Below are positions 8,305 to 17,071 of a DNA stretch of 20,000 nucleotides, one piece after another (the first letter of the stretch is position 1; the number at the start of each line of letters is the position of its first letter). The stretch is from sequence record SRR31156797_760; one strand, written 5' to 3'. The notes under the pieces are model-generated. The model ran no database searches, had not been told where the DNA came from, and was given only the letters and a program-made list of their open reading frames with translations. The position numbers and the translations under genes were made by a program.

Positions 8305-9480
8305 ATGCTTTACTTTTCGGGCAACTGTCAAATGGATTTCCTGAGTCGGGCTGTGGCAGAGCAAGGGCTTGACGTTACGTATCGTGTTCTGGCCTCGCCG
8401 CTGACATTGACCAGTCATCCTGGACAAGTACCGCCACAACTCGCCAGTTTGGTCCAAAACATGGGGCTTGAAAACTTCTTCCATGGACGCCTTCCAAGCA
8501 ATCAATTTCAGATCATCACACCGAATGACCCGCCGCCAAAACTTCTGGTCATGAACCTGTTCCATGAGAACTCCCCGCTCTTCATCCACAAGCAGGACAA
8601 GTACATTTTCTTCATAGACCCGGTGGTCTGGAAATCACATCCGAAAATGGAAACATGGATGAAGGCCGAATGCGGCATGATTCAACCCAATCCGACCACG
8701 TATCTCAAACGATACGGCGAGATGCTGGCAACACTACGATCCATGCACCCGGATCTTCCCATTGTGGTGGTTTCGCGACTCTCTCCTTATCCTGCCTTTG
8801 GCCCGGAACCACACTCCTACCTTGACGGATGGGCTGATATCTATCGAGAGGCCCCGGCTCACATGAAAGTCTGGGAAAGAGAACTTGGTAACGTGCACAC
8901 CGTAGACATGGACCGAATCTTCGGCGGTATCTGGAATGAATCAGACAAGCGCATCGAAAGTCACTGCCCGTTCCTCAAGCTCTCTCTGGAAGAAACAGAC
9001 GGAACCGTGACAGGCCTGCATGCCGGACGTGATGTGGAACATATCGGGTCCATGTGGCCACGGTTGGCAGAGAAAATCATTGCATACTTAAAAACAGGCC
9101 GTATCGAATACACGCAAAACGAAACCATCCCGGTTGAATGGAACAGGCCATGGCAACCACACAAACTTGATCAATCCGCCATGCTGGAAAAGCTTTCTTC
9201 GGGGGGCAATTATCTCTGTGCCGAAGCTGTGGGGAGTTTCTTCCTTGATCTCGGCACGGACTACACGGAACTGCTGGCCCAAACCGGACACCTGACCCCG
9301 GTCTGCCACAACACCCTGCACATGATAAAGACCTATGGCCGCATCTTCAAGAATCCGCTGATGGCTCAGTGGTGCGAAGCCCACAGAAAAACCGCCGAAC
9401 GCTTTACGGACGGCGGCCCTCTTTATCAACAGGATTATCTTAAGCGCATTGATGAAATCAAAACGTTCGTGGCAGGCTAA
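8305..9480 (+). CDS. Hypothetical protein, SGNH/WcbI-like fold suspected
   Basis: 391-aa ORF with native-looking codon usage, N-terminal FSGNCQ, a hydrophobic strand LLVMNLFHE and a later DVEH (DxxH). Confidence 0.7.
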   Translation: MLYFSGNCQMDFLSRAVAEQGLDVTYRVLASPLTLTSHPGQVPPQLASLVQNMGLENFFHGRLPSNQFQIITPNDPPPKLLVMNLFHENSPLFIHKQDKYIFFIDPVVWKSHPKMETWMKAECGMIQPNPTTYLKRYGEMLATLRSMHPDLPIVVVSRLSPYPAFGPEPHSYLDGWADIYREAPAHMKVWERELGNVHTVDMDRIFGGIWNESDKRIESHCPFLKLSLEETDGTVTGLHAGRDVEHIGSMWPRLAEKIIAYLKTGRIEYTQNETIPVEWNRPWQPHKLDQSAMLEKLSSGGNYLCAEAVGSFFLDLGTDYTELLAQTGHLTPVCHNTLHMIKTYGRIFKNPLMAQWCEAHRKTAERFTDGGPLYQQDYLKRIDEIKTFVAG

Positions 9481-10868
9481 CGCCTCGTCAATCCATACTT
9501 TTTCAATTTATACTGCAAGGTTCTGCGGCTGATACCCAAAGCATCCGCCGTGCGTTCGCGATGATTGCCGTTTTCTTCCAACGCCTGAATAATGGCCTGC
9601 TTCTCGGCTTCTTCCAGATTTGCAGGTGCAGCAGAGCTTGCCGAGGTTGGTGGAGTAAAGTCTATGTGAACGGCAGCCTCACGCGCACCAGTTATCTGAG
9701 GTGGCAACAAGTCCGTCCCCAAGGCATCAGCGCGGGATAGAATCAGGGCACGCTCCAAAACATTTTCCAACTCACGCACATTACCGGGCCAATCATAGCC
9801 GGACAAAGCATCAAGGAAGGCAGGGGTTACCGTACGAATAATCTTGTTGTTCTTGTTGCCCAGACGACGCAGCAGAAAACTGACCAAAAGTGGCAGGTCT
9901 TCCTTGCGTTCATCCAGAGGAGGAATACGAATCTCCAACACGGCCAGTCGATAGTACAGATCTTCCCGGAATCGTCCGGCATCGACCTCTTTTTTCAAAT
10001 TCCGATTGGTGGCTGCGATAATACGCGTATCCACATGAATGGGTTTAATCGACCCCAACGGTTCAATGGTCTTTTCCTGCAAAGCGCGAAGCAACTTGGC
10101 TTGAAGCGCGGCAGGCATTTCGCCTATCTCATCCAAAAACAACGTACCGCCATCGGCCAATTGGAACCGACCGGGCTTATCCTTGACCGCACCGGTAAAC
10201 GCGCCTTTTTCGTAACCGAACAATTCCGATTCAAGCAGATCATCAGGCAACGCTGCACAATTGACCTTGATAAGAGGACGATTTGCCCGGTGACTTGCCC
10301 GGTGCAGCCCTTCGGCCACCAGTTCCTTACCCGTGCCGGATGGCCCAAGTATAAGGACAGTCGCCTCGGTGGGACCGGCCTGACCAATAAGGTCGCGCAC
10401 CCGTTCAATACCGGGACTGGCACCAATGAAATCGGCCTCGCCGCTCACTTCGGCCCTGAGCCGTACATTCTCCTCAAGCAACTTATGATATTCAAAGGCC
10501 TTGCCGATAACCGCCGTCAATTCATCGTTGTCAGCGGGTTTGGTCAAGTAATCGAAGGCCCCTTTTTTCATGGCATCAACGGCACTGCCGACACTGCCAA
10601 AGGCCGTCAACAAAACCACAGGCATACTCGGACGTCGAATCTGCAATTCCTTGAGCAATTGCATACCGTCCATACCGGGCATTTTCATGTCCACCATGGC
10701 CACATCGGGAAATGTGTCCGACTCGGCTTCCTCGGCCAAAACCTGCAAGGCCTGTTCGCCTGAATCGGCTTCGAGGACTGTCCAGTCTTCTTCCTCAAGA
10801 ACGGCACGGACCATCATTCGGTGGCCTGGCTCGTCGTCAACAACGAGAACAATACGTTCTTCAGTCAT
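9477..10868 (-). CDS. zraR: Sigma54-dependent two-component response regulator (ZraR/NtrC-like)
   Basis: REC domain ([14 protein letters not shown]), Walker [33 protein letters not shown] and a Fis-type HTH ([16 protein letters not shown]). The symbol rests on the context with the kinase and the ZraP-like gene. Confidence 0.9.
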   Translation of the reverse strand: MTEERIVLVVDDEPGHRMMVRAVLEEEDWTVLEADSGEQALQVLAEEAESDTFPDVAMVDMKMPGMDGMQLLKELQIRRPSMPVVLLTAFGSVGSAVDAMKKGAFDYLTKPADNDELTAVIGKAFEYHKLLEENVRLRAEVSGEADFIGASPGIERVRDLIGQAGPTEATVLILGPSGTGKELVAEGLHRASHRANRPLIKVNCAALPDDLLESELFGYEKGAFTGAVKDKPGRFQLADGGTLFLDEIGEMPAALQAKLLRALQEKTIEPLGSIKPIHVDTRIIAATNRNLKKEVDAGRFREDLYYRLAVLEIRIPPLDERKEDLPLLVSFLLRRLGNKNNKIIRTVTPAFLDALSGYDWPGNVRELENVLERALILSRADALGTDLLPPQITGAREAAVHIDFTPPTSASSAAPANLEEAEKQAIIQALEENGNHRERTADALGISRRTLQYKLKKYGLTRR

Positions 10869-10880
10869 ATATCTACTTCC

Positions 10881-12704
10881 TTAGCTATCGCTTTCGGTAT
10901 TCTTCGGGAAAAAAAGTTTCATCTCGGTGCCTTCACCCGGCTCGGAATGAATGACGACCTCGCCCTTGTGCGCCCGCATGATATTCTGGACAATGGCAAG
11001 TCCAAGACCTGTACCGGTCTTCTTGCCGGTCACAAACGGCTTGAATACGTCGCCTTCCAGATTGGGGTCCATACCCGGCCCATTGTCAGCCACAATAAGC
11101 CAGACGCCATCCTTGCCCTGAACCGAAGTCAGCAAAATATGCCCCGGCTTTGCGCACTCCGGGCATCCCTCGATGGCATCAAGGCTGTTGGTGATAAGGT
11201 TGAGCAGGATTTGTCTGAGCGCGTCCTGATCCGCAAAAACCGACTCCGGGCCAAAATTGAACTCCGCCACGGTTTCCTTGTCCTGGAAATCAAACCGCAT
11301 GAGCTGTTTGATGGAATCGCCAAGCGTGGACAAATCTATTTCCATGGGATCAAGCTGACGCGGACGTGCCAAATAAAGCAGGTCAGTAACAACCCGATTC
11401 AGGCGGTCCGCCTCCTGCACCATGGCAGCGGCATACTGATCAAGCGGAGCCTGCCCCTTGAGCTTGGTGGCAAACAATTGGGCAAAACCACGCAATGAAC
11501 TCAGTGGATTGCGCACCTCATGAGCCACTCCTGCGGCCAGAGAACCGATTTCCGCCAGCCGCTTGGCCTCGTTCAAATCTTCTTCGAGTGACCGAAGCTG
11601 GGTGCGGTCGCGTATGAGCACAAGCCGTTGACCGAGCTCAGGAGCTCCACCATCGTCATATTCCTGAAACGGCAACGTCAGAATTTCAAGCTGACGGCCC
11701 TGATAGTCAAACTGCTCCCACTCATACGGCACAGCAAGGCCGGTTTCGTCATGGGTCTTTCCAAAATCAAAATCATGCCAATTGGTACCGATAATCTCGG
11801 GCGCACCTTCTTCTCCTTCAGGAGCAAGAAGCTTCTTGGCCGAGTGATTGGCGGCCAAGACCTCTCCACTCTCGGCCAAAGTAACAAGACCGTCGGGCAT
11901 GTTGTCGAGCAATTTGCTCTGGAACCGTTCTAGACGAATCAGCTGACGGCTGGCCCCTCGACGGCGCAGATAAGCAAACGCCAACGACCAAAGAACAACT
12001 GCGGCAAGAAAAACATATCCGGTTTGATACGTGGCCGCTCGACGATACTGCCGAAACTGGGCCAGATGCTTCTCCGCATTGAGTCCTACCACCAGAAAAA
12101 CCGGCGGTTCTTCTGGCTCTCTTTGCATACCATGCCGCATGCCCTGCCCTTGGCCTTGGCCTCGACGCGGCATATGATTTGAACCATGTTCACCATCTTC
12201 AACAAAGGGAGGCATACCGCTCAAGGTGGATATACCAGGTCGAGCACGCAACCCGGAAATGAGAACACTTTTCTTGCCCACCTGAGCCATCACATGCCAC
12301 GCTCTGCCAGTCTCAATATCGCTGGTCACGGAATCAGGCAGACTAAACACGGGAGTATCTTCTACGGCAGAAGAAACCAGAGGACGGCCATCTTCGCCGA
12401 ACAGAGTAATAAACACTATATCTTCGGATTTGGTCAGTTCAGCAAACAATTCCTCGGACATCGCCTGAAAAAGTTCGGGCGACTGAGGTGTCATTCGTAA
12501 ATTCCGGGCAATACGTAATATATTATTATCCACGCCGCGCAGGATGGAGTTGCCGGTCATGATCATATGATCCTCGACGATCTTGCGCTGCTGTGCAATG
12601 GATCGCCAAGTCAAATAGAGACTTCCCACTCCCAACACGATAAGTGCCAGGACAAGGGCGACCAAAGGTCCTTTTTCCTTTCCGTCGGAATGAACAACTT
12701 CCAT
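10881..12704 (-). CDS. zraS: Membrane sensor histidine kinase with PAS-like domain (ZraS-like)
   Basis: Two TM helices around a periplasmic domain, PAS-like LLDNMPDGLV, H-box AAGVAHEVRNPL, N-box QILLNLITNS, DNGPGM and GTGLGLAIV. Confidence 0.9.
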   Translation of the reverse strand: MEVVHSDGKEKGPLVALVLALIVLGVGSLYLTWRSIAQQRKIVEDHMIMTGNSILRGVDNNILRIARNLRMTPQSPELFQAMSEELFAELTKSEDIVFITLFGEDGRPLVSSAVEDTPVFSLPDSVTSDIETGRAWHVMAQVGKKSVLISGLRARPGISTLSGMPPFVEDGEHGSNHMPRRGQGQGQGMRHGMQREPEEPPVFLVVGLNAEKHLAQFRQYRRAATYQTGYVFLAAVVLWSLAFAYLRRRGASRQLIRLERFQSKLLDNMPDGLVTLAESGEVLAANHSAKKLLAPEGEEGAPEIIGTNWHDFDFGKTHDETGLAVPYEWEQFDYQGRQLEILTLPFQEYDDGGAPELGQRLVLIRDRTQLRSLEEDLNEAKRLAEIGSLAAGVAHEVRNPLSSLRGFAQLFATKLKGQAPLDQYAAAMVQEADRLNRVVTDLLYLARPRQLDPMEIDLSTLGDSIKQLMRFDFQDKETVAEFNFGPESVFADQDALRQILLNLITNSLDAIEGCPECAKPGHILLTSVQGKDGVWLIVADNGPGMDPNLEGDVFKPFVTGKKTGTGLGLAIVQNIMRAHKGEVVIHSEPGEGTEMKLFFPKNTESDS

Positions 12705-12710
12705 ATACTG

Positions 12711-13526
12711 CTACTTGCCTTTGATAATCAGGTAAACATCTTTGGGAGTACTATCGTACTTCTCGGCCAGAGACTTGAAGGAACTCTCAGAAGTAGCATC
12801 CATGCCTGCGGCCTTAAGCTTCGCAAGGACTTCGTCAACATCAAGACCATATGTCTTGCACACATTTCCCACCTTGAGCTTACCGGTGCCGGCGGGTGGA
12901 ACAGCGGGCATTCCCTCGTACAAATCAACGTCCTGACCACCACGAATCGTGTCATACACCTGCTGCGGGCTTACACCCTTGGAACGGGCTATGTCCTTGA
13001 TAAGTGACTGCTCGTTAATGGTGGAATCATATCCGGCAGCGTGAAGAGTTTCCACGGCTTTTGCTGCATCAAGACCGAGAAAACCACAAAATTTCATGAG
13101 CGGGCTTGTTTCTGCGTGACCATATGGAGGATTGCCATAAGTCGTCGTGGCTTCTTCTTTTATCTCCGCAGAGAAATCGAGCAACTGCTGCATGGGCGGC
13201 AGGCCGAGCAACGTACCGACAAGCACGAAAAGCGTCAGAACCAAACTGATAACCATGGGCACCGTCAAAACCACGAATTCCCGGGCACGATTCTTCATGT
13301 AGGCCATGAGCGGCTTCCAGTTTAACCAAATATGCAGGAACATGGCGACCAAAAAAAGCGTTCCCACTGTAGTATGGATGTCCCCCCACTGGGTTTTGGT
13401 TAAACCAAGCAAATGCCAGTCAGCCCAGTAGGCCACGCGTCCCTCGGGTACAACGTACAAAATCACGCTGGTCAACAGCGTGATGAGAAAAGACAAAAGG
13501 CCTGTCAGGGATGTAATTTTCCTCAT
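12711..13526 (-). CDS. DUF4405-type membrane protein with a duplicated C-terminal soluble domain
   Basis: TSVILYVVPEGRVAYW, WGDIHTTVG and LHIWLNW match the DUF4405 pattern of TM His residues. Three TM helices. GAGGAGG RBS, start at ATG 13526 (or TTG 13532). Confidence 0.8.
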   Translation of the reverse strand: MRKITSLTGLLSFLITLLTSVILYVVPEGRVAYWADWHLLGLTKTQWGDIHTTVGTLFLVAMFLHIWLNWKPLMAYMKNRAREFVVLTVPMVISLVLTLFVLVGTLLGLPPMQQLLDFSAEIKEEATTTYGNPPYGHAETSPLMKFCGFLGLDAAKAVETLHAAGYDSTINEQSLIKDIARSKGVSPQQVYDTIRGGQDVDLYEGMPAVPPAGTGKLKVGNVCKTYGLDVDEVLAKLKAAGMDATSESSFKSLAEKYDSTPKDVYLIIKGK

Positions 13527-13606
13527 GGTCAAAATGCCTCCTCAAAAAGATGCATACTCCACTGTTCCGAGTTCTACGCGTGAAGCTATTTGAAGTTTAT
13601 TATTAT

Positions 13607-13644
13607 TTGCGGGACGGCCGCCACCGTGGCAGACCGTCCCGCAA
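13607..13644 (-). other. Long GC-rich hairpin between zraP-like and DUF4405 genes (mRNA stabiliser or partial terminator)
   Basis: TTGCGGGACGG...CCGTCCCGCAA, an 11-bp perfect stem extendable to about 17 bp. No U-tract follows it on the coding strand. Confidence 0.55.
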
Positions 13645-13677
13645 GCGTCCTGTTTTCCTGGTTATAGGAAATATTAT

Positions 13678-14175
13678 CTAGTTAAAGCGGGGACCCTGAC
13701 CGTTGCAGTTATATCCGTCGCCACGTCCCTGACCATAACAATCGCCATTATATCCACGTCCCTGACGTTGTCCGGGACCACGACCGTTGAATGCTACGAT
13801 ACCGGTTTCTTTTTCGAGTTCAGCACGCATGGAATCACGGGTGTCGCGCATCTGGTCACGCAGCTTGGTCATGTCGGTTGTCAACTTGGTGATCTTCTTT
13901 TCATCAGCATTGCCGCCATTAACCATGGCCTGCAAAGTGGCGTGTTTTGCCCACATCTGATCACGCAGCTCGGTGAATTTGGGCTGGTACTTATCAAAGA
14001 TCTTGTCGACCGCCGCCTGCTTTTCCGGGGTCAGCTGACTGTATACGCCGTTACCGCCGCAACCGTTTCCAGCCCTCTTTCCATGTCCATACCCTTGACC
14101 GGCCATAGCCATTGCGGCCATGCTCAGGACCAGGACAGCTGCCAAAGCCGTGATGGTGATGTTCTTTTTGTTCAT
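13678..14175 (-). CDS. zraP: ZraP/Spy/CpxP-family periplasmic protein
   Basis: Signal peptide (AMA/AG), Gly-rich N-terminal segment, YSQLTPEKQ (LTxxQ), long helical core and Gly-rich C-tail. GGAGG RBS. Confidence 0.85.
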   Translation of the reverse strand: MNKKNITITALAAVLVLSMAAMAMAGQGYGHGKRAGNGCGGNGVYSQLTPEKQAAVDKIFDKYQPKFTELRDQMWAKHATLQAMVNGGNADEKKITKLTTDMTKLRDQMRDTRDSMRAELEKETGIVAFNGRGPGQRQGRGYNGDCYGQGRGDGYNCNGQGPRFN

Positions 14176-14248
14176 TGTTCCTCCGAAAATATTAAAATGT
14201 TTTTTGCAATCAGGATGAAGAGAGTGTGTGATCTTCTGCTACTTATTA

Positions 14249-14264
14249 AGCACACCCCGTGCCA
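14249..14264 (-). promoter_or_regulatory. Sigma54 (-24/-12) promoter of the zraP-like operon
   Basis: Minus strand reads TGGCACGGGGTGTGCT, with GG-N10-GC, about 75 bp upstream of ATG 14175. Confidence 0.8.
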
Positions 14265-14327
14265 ACATTCTAACATCTCTATTTAAAAGGAAAGTCTGAG
14301 AATTCGTCCATATCAAGCAGCATCAAT

Positions 14328-14374
14328 TGTGCACACGACTGCACATACACTGCACAAAACTCGTGCAATGTGCA
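14328..14374 (-). promoter_or_regulatory. Putative activator binding sites (UAS) of the zraP-like promoter
   Basis: TGTGCA-cacgac-TGCACA (14328-14345) followed by further TGCAC/GTGCA half-sites (14351-14374). Confidence 0.7.
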
Positions 14375-14453
14375 AGCAACCATCCTTGACATCGTGGACA
14401 AAAGTCTCACATTTGAACAGGACACAATTTGAACGTCAATCCAAGGTAACGCA

Positions 14454-14657
14454 ATGCCCATATACGAATACATCTGCAAAAAATGCGACAATGAGTTCGA
14501 AGAACTTGTCTTTTCTCAAGACACCACTGTGGCCTGCCCAAAATGTGGCTCGGAAAAAACAGAAAAACTCATGAGTGCTTGCGCCGTACAAACTGACGGC
14601 GGTGGGCTCAACCTCGATGCGTTACAGGATTCAGGCTGCGGCTCCGGCGGCGGCTGA
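14454..14657 (+). CDS. FmdB-family zinc-ribbon protein, possibly extending to 14666 by Sec readthrough
   Basis: MPIYEYICKKC...FEELV...CPKCGS (CxxC-x17-CxxC) is the hallmark of the family. It ends GCGSGGG-TGA. Confidence 0.9.
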   Translation: MPIYEYICKKCDNEFEELVFSQDTTVACPKCGSEKTEKLMSACAVQTDGGGLNLDALQDSGCGSGGG

Positions 14658-14697
14658 GGTATCTAGATTCCGCACCCCGGTCCGGGGACGATCCCTT
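14655..14697 (+). promoter_or_regulatory. Candidate bacterial SECIS element
   Basis: TGA, then 21 nt, then a GGTC apex within the hairpin CCCCG-GTC-CGGGG (14675-14687). A lower stem GAGGTATC / GATCCCTT can form with one mismatch. Confidence 0.55.
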
Positions 14698-14833
14698 TTT
14701 AACAATGACTGTTGACCTTCAATAATCGCTGTCACGGAGTATGGGTACAGCCATTTGCACCGTTTCCTTTCCTTGTAAGAAATGATAGATAAATCAAACC
14801 GGTTTCCACATCTTGACCGTTCGAGGAGCTTCC

Positions 14834-15292
14834 ATGTCGAACAGATTGCCCTGGCCTGAATACTTCATGCGCATTGCCCATTTGGTGGCCCAGCGCTCCA
14901 CATGCACCCGCCGCGCAGTGGGTGCCATTGCCGTACGCGACAAACGCATCCTTGCCACCGGTTACAACGGTGTTCCCACCAATATAGCCCATTGTGAAGA
15001 AGTCGGATGTCTTCGCGACAAGCTTAACATTCCGTCTGGCGAACGCCACGAGCTGTGCCGGGGGCTCCACGCCGAACAAAATGTCATCATCCAGGCAGCC
15101 ACGCACAATCTGGACCTTAAAGGATGCGACATTTACTGCACTACCAAGCCGTGCATCCTGTGCACCAAGATGCTCATCAATTGCGAAGTGAAAAACATCT
15201 ATTTTTCCGAAAACTACCCTGACGAGTTGTCCGAAGAGATGCTCGCCGAGGCTGGAGTGAACTATGTGTTCATGGAAGGCGAATTCATCTAA
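14834..15292 (+). CDS. dCMP/cytidine deaminase family protein (ComEB-like)
   Basis: [32 protein letters not shown] and PCILC zinc motifs. GAGGAG RBS before ATG 14834. Confidence 0.93.
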   Translation: MSNRLPWPEYFMRIAHLVAQRSTCTRRAVGAIAVRDKRILATGYNGVPTNIAHCEEVGCLRDKLNIPSGERHELCRGLHAEQNVIIQAATHNLDLKGCDIYCTTKPCILCTKMLINCEVKNIYFSENYPDELSEEMLAEAGVNYVFMEGEFI

Positions 15293-16400
15293 AGACGAAC
15301 AATTCATGGCCGAGGCCGTGAATCTGGCCTATCAAGGGCGTGGCACCACTGCGCCCAATCCCTGCGTCGGCGCAGTCCTCGTGGACGGCGACCAAATCGT
15401 CGCCCGAGGATGGCACACCCGATACGGCCAACTGCACGCTGAACGAGAATGTCTGGCACAAGCCAAAACAAAAGGCGTCAACCCTAACGGGCTGACCATG
15501 TTTGTCACCCTCGAGCCATGCAACCACCACGGCAAAACCCCTCCCTGCACCGAAGCCATCATTGAAGCAGGCATCACCAAAGTCGTTATCGGCACTCGTG
15601 ACCCCAACCCCGTTGCCGCTGGCGGCGTGGAAAAACTGCAAAGCCACGGTATCGAAATCGTGGTGGGTGTCCTTGAGCAGCAATGCAAAGACCTCATTGC
15701 CGACTTTTTGCTCTGGCAGGACTCGCATTCCCCATTCAACATCATTAAAATGGCTGCAACGCTGGACGGGAAAATCGCATCCAGCGCAAAAAAACCTGAA
15801 CCGGTTTCCAGCCCGGAGTCTTTTGCCCGTGTCCACGATCTGCGTGGCATGGTCGGAGCCGTCGTCGTCGGCGGAACCACATTCTACGCCGATAACCCGA
15901 GTCTGAACTGTCGCTTGGAACAATTGCCACCAGATTTTATCCAACCCTTTGGCGTAGTCGTCACGTCACGACTCCCTGAAGATCCGGCGGCACACACCCT
16001 GCTTCGGAAACGTCCAGAACGTGCTATTTTCATGACCACCGAAACAGCCGCCCACAGTGAAGCCGCTGACCGTCTGCGAAGCCGAGGCACCTCGGTCTGG
16101 CCCCTGCCGGGACACCCTGGAGGCCTGGCTCTCTCCTGCGGATTCGAACGACTCCGCTACGAAAAAGGATGTCATTACACCCTGTGCGAAGGTGGTGGAA
16201 GATTTTCCATGGCCCTCATCCAACAGGGACTAGCCGATGAACTCGTCCATTTCGTGACCCCTCGCATACTTGGCGACAACACCGCTCCAGCGGCTTACTC
16301 TGGCCGCAAATCCATCTCCATGGCTGATTCAGTAGACTTCCGTATCATCAAAACGGAAACTACAGGATCGGATATCATGTTGACTTTACGGACAAAATAA
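15264..16400 (+). CDS. ribD: Bifunctional riboflavin biosynthesis deaminase/reductase
   Basis: [38 protein letters not shown] and EGGG. The start is uncertain (15264, overlapping the upstream gene, or 15306). Confidence 0.95.
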   Translation: MCSWKANSSKDEQFMAEAVNLAYQGRGTTAPNPCVGAVLVDGDQIVARGWHTRYGQLHAERECLAQAKTKGVNPNGLTMFVTLEPCNHHGKTPPCTEAIIEAGITKVVIGTRDPNPVAAGGVEKLQSHGIEIVVGVLEQQCKDLIADFLLWQDSHSPFNIIKMAATLDGKIASSAKKPEPVSSPESFARVHDLRGMVGAVVVGGTTFYADNPSLNCRLEQLPPDFIQPFGVVVTSRLPEDPAAHTLLRKRPERAIFMTTETAAHSEAADRLRSRGTSVWPLPGHPGGLALSCGFERLRYEKGCHYTLCEGGGRFSMALIQQGLADELVHFVTPRILGDNTAPAAYSGRKSISMADSVDFRIIKTETTGSDIMLTLRTK

Positions 16401-16417
16401 TCTTTCAACATAGAAAC

Positions 16418-16470
16418 ATGAACTAAGGTTCATTTTTTATATTGACAACATGAACCCGACCTCATATTTG
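16418..16470 (+). promoter_or_regulatory. Sigma70 promoter with two putative TetR operators
   Basis: Perfect palindrome ATGAAC-taag-GTTCAT (16418-16433), -35 TTGACA (16442-16447), and a second site ATGAAC-ccga-CCTCAT (16450-16465) in the spacer. The -10 is weak. Confidence 0.7.
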
Positions 16471-16501
16471 TATTTTATGAACAAACGCCAAGGAGGCATT
16501 C

Positions 16502-17071
16502 ATGAACTATGCATATAGAGAACAAGGCAACCACGTCATGTCATGGCGCAATCAATGGACCTTGGACAATCCAATACGGAGGCTCGTCCAGCCACCCAAA
16601 AAAATGTTCGGCCATATGGTTACCCCGGGCATGACGGTTATTGACACAGGATGCGGGGTCGGCTTTTTCACCATGGCGTTAGCACGCATGGTAGGAGAAA
16701 CTGGCAAGGTCATTGCTGTGGACCTTCAGGCTGAAGCATTAGCCAAGCTGGAGGAAAAGGTAGAACGAGCAGGCTTACACAGACGAGTGGAAACGTGGAA
16801 ATGCGATGCAAATGACATCGGAGTGCTCCCAAAAGCGGACTTCGTCCTTTCAGCATACATGGCGCACGAAGTTCCTGATATAGACATCTACTTTCACCGC
16901 ATGGCGCAATGCATCAAACGCAATGGGCGCATGCTTTTTGTCGAACCGAAGTTTCACGTCTCTCCCAACAACTATCGTGAAGAAGTCGCTGCTGCCATCA
17001 AGGCGGGATTTGAGCTGGACAGCCTGCCGTCCATATTCTTCAGTCACGCCGTCGTCCTCAGAAAGGGTTGA
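16502..17071 (+). CDS. Class I SAM-dependent methyltransferase
   Basis: Motif I VIDTGCGVG, VIAVD and a post-II AYMAHEV region. AGGAGG RBS before ATG 16502. Confidence 0.9.
   Translation: MNYAYREQGNHVMSWRNQWTLDNPIRRLVQPPKKMFGHMVTPGMTVIDTGCGVGFFTMALARMVGETGKVIAVDLQAEALAKLEEKVERAGLHRRVETWKCDANDIGVLPKADFVLSAYMAHEVPDIDIYFHRMAQCIKRNGRMLFVEPKFHVSPNNYREEVAAAIKAGFELDSLPSIFFSHAVVLRKG

Noticed and set aside
10035-11498. + strand ORFs of 242 and 225 aa opposite the regulator and kinase
   Set aside because: Typical antisense frames of conserved two-component genes.
14700-14833. FMN riboswitch upstream of the deaminase-ribD unit (also checked 18577-18638 before ribE)
   Set aside because: No RFN consensus blocks are visible, and the ribE leader is too short.
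14732-15944. Minus-strand ORFs of 191, 219 and 182 aa over the deaminase and ribD
   Set aside because: Shadow ORFs fully overlapping confident + strand genes.
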